Shown here in pieces: positions 1-8,742 of a stretch of 54,645 bases of DNA. The notes beneath the pieces were generated by a model, which had not been told where the DNA came from, made no database searches, and saw only the letters and a program-made list of their open reading frames with translations. The position numbers and the translations under genes are program-made. Positions within the stretch are counted from its first letter, which is position 1; each line of letters starts with the position of its first letter. Location of the stretch: IMG/VR virus record IMGVR_UViG_3300011923_000001; one strand, written 5' to 3'. The DNA is from a virus.

Positions 1-112
1 TAAAGACATGGCTTATCTCCCCTTGTACTGTTTACGATAGTTTTTATAGTCTTCAGATGCGAAGTGACCACTTTGTTCTAAAACTTGGTTGTAATCAAAA
101 GTGCTTTTGGCT
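1..112. repeat. Terminal overlap copy 1 (identical to 54534-54645); indicates circular or terminally redundant molecule
   Basis: Direct reading: taaagacatggcttatctcc...gtgcttttggct occurs at both ends of the window. Confidence 0.95.
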
Positions 113-585
113 TGATAAGCGCGATTTAGGCCAGTTAGCAGCTTGTCACTAATAGTTTCACGATTAAGACAATATTCAGCACGTTGGCCGAGTGCTATTT
201 CTTTATAGATATCAAATCTATCCAGTGGCTTTAAATCTCTATGTATCTCTTTTCTGCGTACCAAAATATAGATTGTCGGATTATCAAAGCCCACGCGGAA
301 ACGAAGATTTCTGTCTGCATCTTCATTAAGAAATTCATAAAAAAACTGAGAACCTTTATTGCGGAAATTAACCTTTTCAAAGTCATCCATGCCATTTTTG
401 ACACAAAACTTTAGAAAGCCACTATTGATATCGCTGATTGATATTGTTGAATTAGGTGAGAGGATTGACCAATCATTTGTGTTTACTTCAGCGTACTGAA
501 CATTTAACCCTTTTGATAAGGCTTCAAATACAAGGTGTGGTGGCAATGGTTTTAAATCAAATGGATTAGCGATTTTATTATTCAT
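13..585 (-). CDS. Hypothetical early protein (190 aa)
   Basis: Long ORF. ATGA overlap with upstream ORF 582..857. Its stop at 13-15 lies 3 nt before the ATG (window pos 7-9 = 54540-54542) of the next minus gene across the circular junction. Confidence 0.55.
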   Translation of the reverse strand: MNNKIANPFDLKPLPPHLVFEALSKGLNVQYAEVNTNDWSILSPNSTISISDINSGFLKFCVKNGMDDFEKVNFRNKGSQFFYEFLNEDADRNLRFRVGFDNPTIYILVRRKEIHRDLKPLDRFDIYKEIALGQRAEYCLNRETISDKLLTGLNRAYQAKSTFDYNQVLEQSGHFASEDYKNYRKQYKGR

Positions 586-857
586 GGCGCTTCTCCATGC
601 TGAGAATCATAACCCTGAGTTATATATTCATGATTTTTTTCAAGTTGTTTATCGAACTCGTAGTCGTAAACATGAAGCGCACCACGCAATAAGCCTAAAG
701 CGAAAATGGAGGCAATTAATAATTGGATTGTGAATCGGAAAAGACTGATAGCCCAAAAATCTTTAAAGGCATTATGTAGGGCAATTAGAACAAGGATAAG
801 GAATAACGGGATTTCGATTTTTATAAATCGTTTGGATTTAGGTATGCTATGATTCAT
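582..857 (-). CDS. Small membrane protein (91 aa), first gene of the early-left operon
   Basis: ORF with two hydrophobic helices (IEIPLFLILVLIALH, IQLLIASIFALGLL), translationally coupled to the next gene. Confidence 0.5.
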   Translation of the reverse strand: MNHSIPKSKRFIKIEIPLFLILVLIALHNAFKDFWAISLFRFTIQLLIASIFALGLLRGALHVYDYEFDKQLEKNHEYITQGYDSQHGEAP

Positions 858-903
858 ACTTTCTATGTCCTATTTAGTGTGTGGATTAGGAAAACCAGAA
901 CAT

Positions 904-963
904 CCAAAGGTTGCCGCCTTTGTTGTTCGATGAACCGAAGGGGCTTTGCAACTTCGGTTTTTT
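904..963 (+). terminator. Two tandem GC-rich hairpins; the second is followed by a T-run on the plus strand
   Basis: caaagg/cctttg (905-910/917-922) and aaccgaag/cttcggtt (933-940/952-959) followed by tttttt. On the minus strand they lie in the leader of the early-left operon. Confidence 0.35.
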
Positions 964-1037
964 AACGTCTTTGAAATATACAAATAAATATAAGTCAATA
1001 CAAGTAAAATTTATATTTTATATAAAAGTAATGATAT

Positions 1038-1052
1038 TTTGTTTATTTATAT
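1038..1052. promoter_or_regulatory. Candidate operator: 15-mer tttgtttatttatat, inverted copy at 1935-1949
   Basis: Exact 15-nt match in inverted orientation on the two sides of the repressor gene. A degenerate third copy lies near 1066-1080. Confidence 0.4.
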
Positions 1053-1185
1053 AATGGATAACTATTTGTTTTTATATAAAAAATTACAAATATTTATAAT
1101 ATTTTTATCTTTTTTTGTGTGATGAAAATAAAAAAATCAGGCATAAGCCTGATCGGGTTTATAAAACATTAGATTTTGATTATAT

Positions 1186-1890
1186 CTATCGCAAATTCTT
1201 AACGGCTGCAATAGCCACCCCTAAGACCTCAAAATTATGTCTAAGTGTAGGAAAGGACTTATTTGTAGCTGTAAATTCAATGACTTCTTGGCCTTCTTGT
1301 GTAATCTCAATGACATTGTACTGGCGAACGTGATAAACGCCCTGTTCAAGTTTACTTCCAACATAAACCAAGTCAGTAGGGTTTGGTTTGATTTCTGGAT
1401 CAAAGATCAACTGAGTACCCGCTGGATAATCAGGTGACATGGATGCATCAGGGAGAATAATCCCAAAGGCATTGTCAGAAATTGGTTGGCATATCGGCAT
1501 GAAACTGTCAGAAATAGGCATATTTAAAGACTTATCTTTCAACTGGTTGCGAATTTGATCCATTTGCAATGGAGATAGAATAGGAATGTATCTAAGTTGA
1601 GTTTTTTCAATGTCTTGCATCTTGATTTGGTGAGCAAGTCTTGGACTAAAATCTTCTACTTTGCAACCTAAAGCATTGGCAAACACAAGGGCAGAATCAA
1701 TTTTTAATTGATTAATACCCTTGAAATAAGCAGTCACATTAGGCTGCGACCATCCCGCACTCTCATAAATATCTTTTTGAGTGAAATTTACACCTTTAGC
1801 CCTTTCAAGCTGCTTTTTACGATTATAAAGTTCGGTTAATTTCTGAGCTTCGTATTTTTGTATCTCAGGTGTTGGTGCGTTTTCACTCAT
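1186..1890 (-). CDS. CI/LexA-like repressor (XRE HTH plus S24 peptidase domain)
   Basis: HTH segment FTQKDIYESAGWSQPNVTAYFKG. C-terminal S24-like LPDASMSPDYPAGTQLIFDP with a later Lys. Start moved to the ATG at 1890, which is preceded by aggag. Confidence 0.8.
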   Translation of the reverse strand: MSENAPTPEIQKYEAQKLTELYNRKKQLERAKGVNFTQKDIYESAGWSQPNVTAYFKGINQLKIDSALVFANALGCKVEDFSPRLAHQIKMQDIEKTQLRYIPILSPLQMDQIRNQLKDKSLNMPISDSFMPICQPISDNAFGIILPDASMSPDYPAGTQLIFDPEIKPNPTDLVYVGSKLEQGVYHVRQYNVIEITQEGQEVIEFTATNKSFPTLRHNFEVLGVAIAAVKNLR

Positions 1891-1934
1891 TAAATGGGTA
1901 CTCCTATCTTCGCACCTCGATTTTATAAATTCAG

Positions 1935-1949
1935 ATATAAATAAACAAA
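1935..1949. promoter_or_regulatory. Candidate operator (inverted copy of 1038-1052) in the divergent repressor/cro region
   Basis: atataaataaacaaa is the reverse complement of tttgtttatttatat. It lies 45 bp upstream of the repressor start. Confidence 0.4.
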
Positions 1950-2097
1950 TATAAGAAAACATTGAAAAAATATAAAAACAGTTATATTCTATTTATAAAA
2001 TATAGGCACGTTATGTGCTTTTAGTCGATATTTTCATTCTAGGGGGTGCATCATTCAGTTTGAAAAGATAAAAGACCGGGCAACACTTGAAAACGAG

Positions 2098-2361
2098 TTG
2101 AAACAGTTTTTAGACAAAGGTGGCAAGGTTGCTGAGTTGGCAAGTAACGAAACTAAGTCTGAACAGAAAAAGGAAATAGCTAGAACACTTCATTACTCGG
2201 TGCATCATCGGTTTTATGCAAAACATACAGGGGTGTCAGTGAGCAGATTGCGACAGTTAAATCGCAACATAAATCTAATTACTGACTATGAATTAAATGT
2301 GATCTGGAACTTTATAGAACAGAGAAAGAACGTAAAGAAGATGTGTAATGAATTACTTTAA
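2098..2361 (+). CDS. Cro/CII-like small HTH protein, divergent from the repressor; start uncertain (TTG)
   Basis: HTH-like YAKHTGVSVSRLRQLNRN and position opposite the repressor. The frame stays open upstream to about 2050 with no ATG. Confidence 0.45.
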   Translation: MKQFLDKGGKVAELASNETKSEQKKEIARTLHYSVHHRFYAKHTGVSVSRLRQLNRNINLITDYELNVIWNFIEQRKNVKKMCNELL

Positions 2362-2839
2362 ATTTAAGTTGCTGGTAACTGAATACCGTAATGAAAAAAA
2401 ACTGGAAATATCAAATTTCGCAATTAAACATAACTATGAATGTTTTATAAGCGGTGAAACCACACCGTTAATTGAAGCAGTAGAAGAATTTCATAAAAAA
2501 CCGCTGGCAAATTGTATTCAAGAGAAAAAGGAGTCGAAATACCCTGAAAAATATAGTCCACGTCGAAGCAATTTTAATGATATTAGTCACTTAATTCTTG
2601 ATCCATCACAGAACAAACCAACCAAATTGCATACATCTATGCTTGTAATTGAGCAGAACAAAGAGTTCTACATTGATTATTGTCACAAGCATGGTCAAAC
2701 CTTATTTAAGGTTCGCCAAACCGATGTAAATCATAGCTTTTGCTGTATTTGCAAATACGGTCATAGCCGTGAAATTGAGATAAAGAATGCATTAAACAAA
2801 TACTGGGAAGGTCGGCAAGCCAACCTAGTAGCGATCTAA
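2348..2839 (+). CDS. Hypothetical early protein (163 aa)
   Basis: ORF overlapping the previous gene by 14 nt. No motif recognised. Confidence 0.5.
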   Translation: MNYFKFKLLVTEYRNEKKLEISNFAIKHNYECFISGETTPLIEAVEEFHKKPLANCIQEKKESKYPEKYSPRRSNFNDISHLILDPSQNKPTKLHTSMLVIEQNKEFYIDYCHKHGQTLFKVRQTDVNHSFCCICKYGHSREIEIKNALNKYWEGRQANLVAI

Positions 2840-2866
2840 CTAACCACACACTAAATAGGTTATCCA

Positions 2867-3337
2867 ATGAGTCTAAATAGACCAAAAGCCAAGCGCATGA
2901 CTGCGGCTCAGGCTGTGAAGTACATGAAAAAGCACGAAACACAGGTTCGCGCACAACTGGCAAATGTAGGAAGTATTGGTGAATCTGTGCTTAGAGAACA
3001 TTTAAGGATTGAAAAAATTAAATATGTTCAAGAATTTAAGTTTTCACCGTCAAACCGATACAGGGCTGACTTTTATCTGCCTGATTTCAATGTCTTGGTT
3101 GAAGTTGAGGGTGGTACACGGAATAAAAGCCGACACACCACACATGAAGGTTATTCAAATGACCTGAAGAAATACAATATAGCTCAAATATTAGGCTATT
3201 CCAGATTAGCATTTACTACAGAGCAAGTAAATAAGGGAGATGCGATTAAAACTATTAAACATTTTATCGCTGTGACCACTGGTCAAGTTGTGGTGGATTT
3301 AAGTGCCATCAAGGGGGCAGCTCATGCTATTTGCTAA
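2867..3337 (+). CDS. Vsr/DUF559-like (PD-(D/E)xK fold) endonuclease
   Basis: RADFYLPDFNVLVEVEGG...H matches the aDFyl...EvDG core of Vsr-like nucleases. Confidence 0.5.
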   Translation: MSLNRPKAKRMTAAQAVKYMKKHETQVRAQLANVGSIGESVLREHLRIEKIKYVQEFKFSPSNRYRADFYLPDFNVLVEVEGGTRNKSRHTTHEGYSNDLKKYNIAQILGYSRLAFTTEQVNKGDAIKTIKHFIAVTTGQVVVDLSAIKGAAHAIC

Positions 3338-3554
3338 TTATTTAATCGGTTTTATGGGCGGTTTTGTTATTTGTTATGTCTGGCTCCATTGTTATCTCGA
3401 AAAGAAAATAATTACAGAAGGGCAAGTAATGATTGGTTCTTCGACTTATAGGGCGATAGAAATTGAAGAAGAAGGGGAAATCGATTGCTCGGTTCCTGAA
3501 GTTATTCTGGAAGCTGAAAAGAAAAACAGTATTGAGGGTAAAAATAATGGCTAA
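3324..3554 (+). CDS. Small membrane protein (76 aa)
   Basis: ATG at 3324 preceded by aggggg. Hydrophobic N-terminus LFANYLIGFMGGFVICYVWL. Confidence 0.4.
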   Translation: MLFANYLIGFMGGFVICYVWLHCYLEKKIITEGQVMIGSSTYRAIEIEEEGEIDCSVPEVILEAEKKNSIEGKNNG

Positions 3555-4203
3555 GGTTAAAGCGAAGCGAAATAAAAAATATGATCCTAGCCGCGCCCAG
3601 CGTATTCATCTTCAATATTTGAGTGAGTCGGAGCGATCTAAAGCTGAATTGGTTAATAGGCTCTACGAGTTTGAAATGCAGTTTGAAATTGAAGATATAA
3701 ACCGCAAGCTTGACAACTATGCGCTTCAAAATGGTTGGAATCGTGAAAATGAATATTGCCCTGAGTGGGTTGTAATAGATGCTTATGATCAACAGGACTT
3801 GATTATTGCTCTAAAAATGACTCAGCTAAAAACGCCTGAATATTGGGAGATCGGCATAGACGCTCATTTTTACAATGAAGAAAAACACGATGTTTACACA
3901 ATTCCTTTTTATATCGAATTGCCCGAAATGAGTCATCCAAATTTAATGGCTGGATGTGATGTAAGGGTAAATCGTGGTAATGGCCTAAAAACACGCTGGA
4001 AGGGCATTCAAACTGAATTAGATGACCATTGGCAAGCCATAGGCATACCTGAAGGATACGTTTTGGTTAAGTCGCAGGCGCATTTTAAAGCTCAGGCAAA
4101 ATTTCTGAACTATCAGATGTACACAGAGCATAACTATTTTCTTCATTTGAGAGATCAAGGCACTTTAATTGCTGGCCTAAAACAATGGGGGGCTGCGGCA
4201 TGA
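3547..4203 (+). CDS. Hypothetical early protein (218 aa), ends ...GAAA
   Basis: ATG at 3547 overlaps the previous stop (ATGGCTAA). The 3' end carries the conserved GCNGCATGA junction. Confidence 0.6.
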   Translation: MAKVKAKRNKKYDPSRAQRIHLQYLSESERSKAELVNRLYEFEMQFEIEDINRKLDNYALQNGWNRENEYCPEWVVIDAYDQQDLIIALKMTQLKTPEYWEIGIDAHFYNEEKHDVYTIPFYIELPEMSHPNLMAGCDVRVNRGNGLKTRWKGIQTELDDHWQAIGIPEGYVLVKSQAHFKAQAKFLNYQMYTEHNYFLHLRDQGTLIAGLKQWGAAA

Positions 4204-4841
4204 AAGAACGTCCGATTTTATTTAATACTGAAATGGTTAAATCAATTTTAGAAGGTCGTAAGACTCAGACTCGCAGAATTTTAAATTGCGACCACCCAGT
4301 AGTAACTGGTTTTGTACCTAACGGTATTTATGGCTACTGGAAAGGAACAGCCAAAAGCGATGCGGTAATTCAACAATATATTTCTACATTCCCTTTTACC
4401 ATCAAATGTCCATTCGGTCTTGTTGGTGATCGCCTTTGGGTGCGTGAAACATTCCGTTTATTTGATTCAGATGAATGTCCACATGCGGATTTCCCGTGTG
4501 GATGTCCAAGTTGGGGAACACCTCTCTATCGAGCATCTCATGATTGCTTTGATGGTGAAAAGTGGACTCCATCAATTCATATGCCACGTTCAGCAAGTCG
4601 CATTTTGCTTGAAATCACAAATATTCGCATTGAGCGATTGAATGATATTTCGAGTGATGATGCAAAAGCGGAAGGTTTTGATTATTCAACACATCCATCC
4701 TCAATCGAAATGGGTTATGCCATTGGAGCTAAAACAAACTTTCGTTTCACTTGGGAGCAAATATACGGGCAAAACGCATGGAATAAAAATCCGTGGGTAT
4801 GGGTGGTAGAATTTCGATTGATTGAAGGCGGTGCAGCATGA
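4200..4841 (+). CDS. ASCH-domain-like protein
   Basis: N-terminus MKERPILFNTEMVKSILEGRKTQTRR is the typical ASCH signature seen in phage proteins. ATGA coupling on both sides. Confidence 0.55.
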   Translation: MKERPILFNTEMVKSILEGRKTQTRRILNCDHPVVTGFVPNGIYGYWKGTAKSDAVIQQYISTFPFTIKCPFGLVGDRLWVRETFRLFDSDECPHADFPCGCPSWGTPLYRASHDCFDGEKWTPSIHMPRSASRILLEITNIRIERLNDISSDDAKAEGFDYSTHPSSIEMGYAIGAKTNFRFTWEQIYGQNAWNKNPWVWVVEFRLIEGGAA

Positions 4842-5347
4842 TTGATAACACTTCAATTCTCGCCCTAACTGACATTATCCAATTGCCTGAAGCTGAACGT
4901 TTACAGGCAATCAAGGATAAGTTTTCAGAAAAATCACATGATGAATTACTTAATTTACTTGGCAATGTTTTAAATGTTGCAGTGAATTACGCACAGTCAT
5001 GTGATGAAACACTCTATTTGCACCTTGTCACAACTGGTGGTATGCACCCTTATGCAGTTGAAAAGCTGATTTCACCAAGTTTTCATGCTGCTTTAAATGG
5101 GCTGATTTTGGCAGATAAAGCACCCAACCAAGATATTTTATGTGAATCGTGTGCTTATCGCACTGGAACATTGGCCAATCATTGTCTTACAACTCAATCA
5201 GACCTTGCGCAAGCTTTGGAATTGAGCGCGGTTTTTTTCTGCCATAAAGATATAGAGAACCTAGATATTCCAACCTCTATAGATCGTAAGCGTATGAAGC
5301 CATGTAAAGGCTGGTGTCAGCACGTAAAAAAAAAGGGGGCTGCATGA
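4838..5347 (+). CDS. Hypothetical early protein (169 aa), ends ...KGAA
   Basis: ORF translationally coupled on both sides. Confidence 0.6.
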   Translation: MIDNTSILALTDIIQLPEAERLQAIKDKFSEKSHDELLNLLGNVLNVAVNYAQSCDETLYLHLVTTGGMHPYAVEKLISPSFHAALNGLILADKAPNQDILCESCAYRTGTLANHCLTTQSDLAQALELSAVFFCHKDIENLDIPTSIDRKRMKPCKGWCQHVKKKGAA

Positions 5348-6696
5348 AAGACATATTAAAAGACATGCTTATTGTTGATAATTTCGCTGGTGGCGGTGGT
5401 ACTTCAACTGGAATTGAAATGGCACTCGGCCGTCCAGTCGATATAGCAATTAATCATGATCCTAAAGCTTTGGCCATGCATCGTATAAATCATCCCACAG
5501 CCGATCACTATGAAGAATCTGTTTGGGATGTTGACCCTATTGAAATAACGAAGGGAAAGCCTGTAGGTATTGTTTGGCTTAGTCCTGATTGTAAGCACTT
5601 CAGTAAAGCGAAAGGTGGTAAACCAGCAAGCAAAAATATTCGTGGCCTAGCATGGGTAGGGTTGCGTTGGGTTGCATTAAAAAAGCCTATTCTATTTTTT
5701 TTAGAAAATGTCACTGAGTTCCAAACGTGGGGCGATTTAGATGAAAACGGCAGACCATGCCCTAAACGCAAAGGTCGCACATTCAATAGTTTTGTGAATG
5801 CCTTAAAAAGACATGGGTATCATGTTGAATACAGAGAATTAAGGGCCTGTGAATATGGCGCACCTACTATTCGTAAGCGTTTTATCCTTGTCGCTCGTCG
5901 TGATGGGCTACCTATAGTCTGGCCAGAGCCAACACACAAACCACGATCAAATAACCTGGTGCAAAAAGGTATTTTAAAACCAGAGAGAATAGCCGCTGAA
6001 TGTATTGATTGGACAATACCTTGTCAAAGTATTTTTGAGCGCAAAAAACCTTTGGCCAAAGCAACTATGGAAAGAATAGCTGCTGGTATCAATAAGTTTG
6101 TTATCAATAACCCTGATCCATACATTGTGGACGGGAAAGCACCAGTATTAACAGAGTGTGCAAACGCTTCTAATAAACGCTCAATGGCTATAGACGAGCC
6201 TTTACGCACAATTTGCGCTGAAACAAAGGGCGGTCATCACGCAATTATTATTAGCCATTTATCCAAAATGAAAAATAAGTGCATTGGCCAAGATGTTAAT
6301 GAGCCTTTTCACACATTAACGACAGTGAATCAGTTTGCTGAAGTAAGAGCGTTTTTAACTGCTTATTATGGTGGTGAAAAAGACGGTAATTCGGTAAAAG
6401 AGCCTTTACGCACAATCCCGACTAAAGATCGTTTTGGATTGGTCACTGTAAAGTGCCAGCAATACCAAATCATAGACATTGGATTTCGTATGCTGAAGCC
6501 AAAAGAGCTTTATAAAGCTCAAGGTTTTCCAGATCACTATATTTTTACACATGGCATTGATCATTTAGGTAAGAAAATAAAACTGACTCAAACTGAACAG
6601 TCGCGCATGGTTGGAAACTCGGTTCCTCCTGACTTAGCTGAAGCAATTGTAAGAGCCAATGTTGAAGTGATAGCTAAACAGGGGATGGCCGCATGA
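5344..6696 (+). CDS. DNA (cytosine-5) methyltransferase
   Basis: Motif I DNFAGGGG, motif IV SPDCKHFS, motif VI ENV (FFLENVTEF), motif X GNSVPP. Start set at the ATG at 5344. Confidence 0.85.
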   Translation: MKDILKDMLIVDNFAGGGGTSTGIEMALGRPVDIAINHDPKALAMHRINHPTADHYEESVWDVDPIEITKGKPVGIVWLSPDCKHFSKAKGGKPASKNIRGLAWVGLRWVALKKPILFFLENVTEFQTWGDLDENGRPCPKRKGRTFNSFVNALKRHGYHVEYRELRACEYGAPTIRKRFILVARRDGLPIVWPEPTHKPRSNNLVQKGILKPERIAAECIDWTIPCQSIFERKKPLAKATMERIAAGINKFVINNPDPYIVDGKAPVLTECANASNKRSMAIDEPLRTICAETKGGHHAIIISHLSKMKNKCIGQDVNEPFHTLTTVNQFAEVRAFLTAYYGGEKDGNSVKEPLRTIPTKDRFGLVTVKCQQYQIIDIGFRMLKPKELYKAQGFPDHYIFTHGIDHLGKKIKLTQTEQSRMVGNSVPPDLAEAIVRANVEVIAKQGMAA

Positions 6697-6998
6697 TTAT
6701 CGGAGTTGCTGTTAAGGTTGGTGAATTAATGGTTGCCCTACCAAGACCTAATCGCCATGCAGATTGTACCAATATCATTCTATCACTTGGCTTGTTACCA
6801 GATATTCAAAATCAATGGGGAAAATCAGCCCATCAAGGTTTTTATTGTGAGCAAGGAAAGTTCTATACACGCCCGCAAGCAGCTTTACACGCTATCGAAT
6901 GTGGTCAACAAGAATGGACAGAAAATGACTTGGAGCTAATAGCCTTAGGTGAAATGAAATTTTCACGTATGGGTCTATGTAGTGAAGATTTGTGGTAG
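6693..6998 (+). CDS. Hypothetical protein (101 aa)
   Basis: ORF with an ATGA overlap to the methyltransferase gene. Confidence 0.6.
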   Translation: MIIGVAVKVGELMVALPRPNRHADCTNIILSLGLLPDIQNQWGKSAHQGFYCEQGKFYTRPQAALHAIECGQQEWTENDLELIALGEMKFSRMGLCSEDLW

Positions 6999-7223
6999 GT
7001 GAGCATGAACGTACTTGAATATTTATCAAAATATAGTAATGCCGTTCTTACTGGTGAAAAGGTTACCTACGGAAATTTTAAACACCACTCCAATGAGCAT
7101 ATCTGTCCTAGTTTTCCATTTGACAAAGATTGGCATTTTGAATGGTTAGATAAACAAATCGAAAGCGGTGTTTTTGAAACAAGTAATGCTGTGTTGTTCA
7201 GTTGTGAGGTGCGCAATGGATAA
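6999..7223 (+). CDS. Hypothetical protein (74 aa; GTG at 6999 or ATG at 7005)
   Basis: ORF in the operon series. Confidence 0.5.
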   Translation: MSMNVLEYLSKYSNAVLTGEKVTYGNFKHHSNEHICPSFPFDKDWHFEWLDKQIESGVFETSNAVLFSCEVRNG

Positions 7224-7425
7224 GATGACAATATTTCTTTATTCGACGGTTGCTACCGTCTGGCTTACTGTCATTGGATTGTTTCTTGATATAGCAACCA
7301 GAAATATTATCTTATCAAGACCGGGTCGGCTCAGGTTTATACAGACACTTTTCTGTGTGTTTTGTTCTTTATTTATGGTGGTGCTTCCTATTGTGTTTGG
7401 ATTAACAAGGATGATGCCGACATGA
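7216..7425 (+). CDS. Small membrane protein (69 aa)
   Basis: ATG at 7216 preceded by gaggtg. Two hydrophobic segments. Confidence 0.45.
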   Translation: MDKMTIFLYSTVATVWLTVIGLFLDIATRNIILSRPGRLRFIQTLFCVFCSLFMVVLPIVFGLTRMMPT

Positions 7426-7775
7426 AAAGTAGATCGATTACAGGCACATATTTGATTGGTGGAGCAAGGGGTGGAGAGTTTTATAAAGCTGAAATTTACC
7501 CACATCAAAGCATATTAATACACCATCATGAACCACATGAATCTCTATACATATTTGATCATTGTCCGCCTTTGAAGACAGTAGAAATAAAGGCTGATAG
7601 ATATGTAGTCTATCCAGTTAGATACTCAACCAAATCAACATACGTCCAGAAATGGTTTTTGATTCATACGAGCTTAATTTATGGTGAAGATTCTCAAACA
7701 TTGGATGAATCAGTCATTAAACAGGCTATAAGCCTTATAGAGTCTGATTTAGGACTATGGGGGATTCTTAAGTGA
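7422..7775 (+). CDS. Hypothetical protein (117 aa)
   Basis: ATG at 7422 in an ATGA overlap with the previous stop. Confidence 0.5.
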   Translation: MKSRSITGTYLIGGARGGEFYKAEIYPHQSILIHHHEPHESLYIFDHCPPLKTVEIKADRYVVYPVRYSTKSTYVQKWFLIHTSLIYGEDSQTLDESVIKQAISLIESDLGLWGILK

Positions 7776-8371
7776 TTGAGCAATTCGCCAGATTGAATGC
7801 AGGAACTCAGACCTTTATTAGTAATGGCCAAGCACCCTTACTGGATAAGTCTGATTTATGTGGTGTGCTTGCTAACTTGTCTGAAAAACATTCATGGTAC
7901 GTGTATGCAATGATAGACCAACGTCGATCATACAACATGGATTTATTACATCGATACTTTACTCAAGTCATTCTTCAGGAAATGCTTAGGAAGAAGTATA
8001 GATCGGAAAAAGTAAGTGCTTCAGAATTTGCCTATGGTGTCACAAAGGCAGTAGTTCATGCTCACTTTAACCCAAAGGGCAAGTGTGGCTATTGCAACGG
8101 CATAGGGCGCGTAGGAACCTCACTATGCGTTAAATGCACTGGCTCTGGTGTCAAGGTACACAATTGGAGTGAAAAGCTGAATTATGGCTTCCCAATGCGC
8201 TCTGATTTGACTAGAAAGTGGTATCGGGTTAGTTGTGGCTACTATGATCAATTCATTGAGTCATTTTTAGTTGAAATACATAGTGAGCTATTTGAATCAT
8301 TACGTCAGCTCAAATTAATCGAAAAGCAATATAGGCGTGAAGAAAACGAGTGCTTATTCGATGAGTTATGA
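7772..8371 (+). CDS. DnaJ-type zinc-finger protein, possible Q-like late antiterminator
   Basis: CGYCNGIGRVGTSLCVKCTGSG (two CxxCxGxG units). It is the penultimate gene of the early operon and has a GTGA overlap start. Confidence 0.35.
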   Translation: MIEQFARLNAGTQTFISNGQAPLLDKSDLCGVLANLSEKHSWYVYAMIDQRRSYNMDLLHRYFTQVILQEMLRKKYRSEKVSASEFAYGVTKAVVHAHFNPKGKCGYCNGIGRVGTSLCVKCTGSGVKVHNWSEKLNYGFPMRSDLTRKWYRVSCGYYDQFIESFLVEIHSELFESLRQLKLIEKQYRREENECLFDEL

Positions 8372-8657
8372 TCTTGATTTAGTTGTCAGCTATGGTCAAA
8401 AAATAGGGGCTGAAAAGGCTCTTATACTGAATGACAGGTTAAGTCGATACTATCGCAAGGGTGATGCATCTAGTAAATATTGTCTATTGTTCTACGCGAA
8501 AGTAAATGATTATGCGCCTTTACGTTGGAGTAATTCATTTAATTACAGTATTAAGCCAGTGATCACATTCTATGAGGGCATGGGAAAGAAAGTTGAAATT
8601 ATAGACATACCTGTAGCAGACCATCATAACGAGACAGAAGCAGAAAACCCAGCTTAG
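8361..8657 (+). CDS. Hypothetical protein (98 aa)
   Basis: ATG at 8361 overlaps the previous gene. Followed by a strong terminator. Confidence 0.5.
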   Translation: MSYDLDLVVSYGQKIGAEKALILNDRLSRYYRKGDASSKYCLLFYAKVNDYAPLRWSNSFNYSIKPVITFYEGMGKKVEIIDIPVADHHNETEAENPA

Positions 8658-8669
8658 GCTGGGTTTTTT
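8644..8669. terminator. Bidirectional rho-independent terminator
   Basis: aaaacccagc ttag gctgggtttttt, between convergent genes. Confidence 0.75.
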
Positions 8670-8742
8670 AATTGATTTTATTAATTCAGAAGCTTAAAAA
8701 CATTTGATGTAATATTTTTAATTTTGAATATCACATAAAAGC

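Noticed and set aside
1-112. The 112-bp end duplication read as a genuine phage direct terminal repeat.
   Set aside because: A minus-strand operon, including a start codon and its RBS, runs straight through the junction. The presence of Rep/Par functions also argues for a circular molecule, so the overlap is most simply an assembly or windowing artefact. A pac-type headful virion DNA remains possible.
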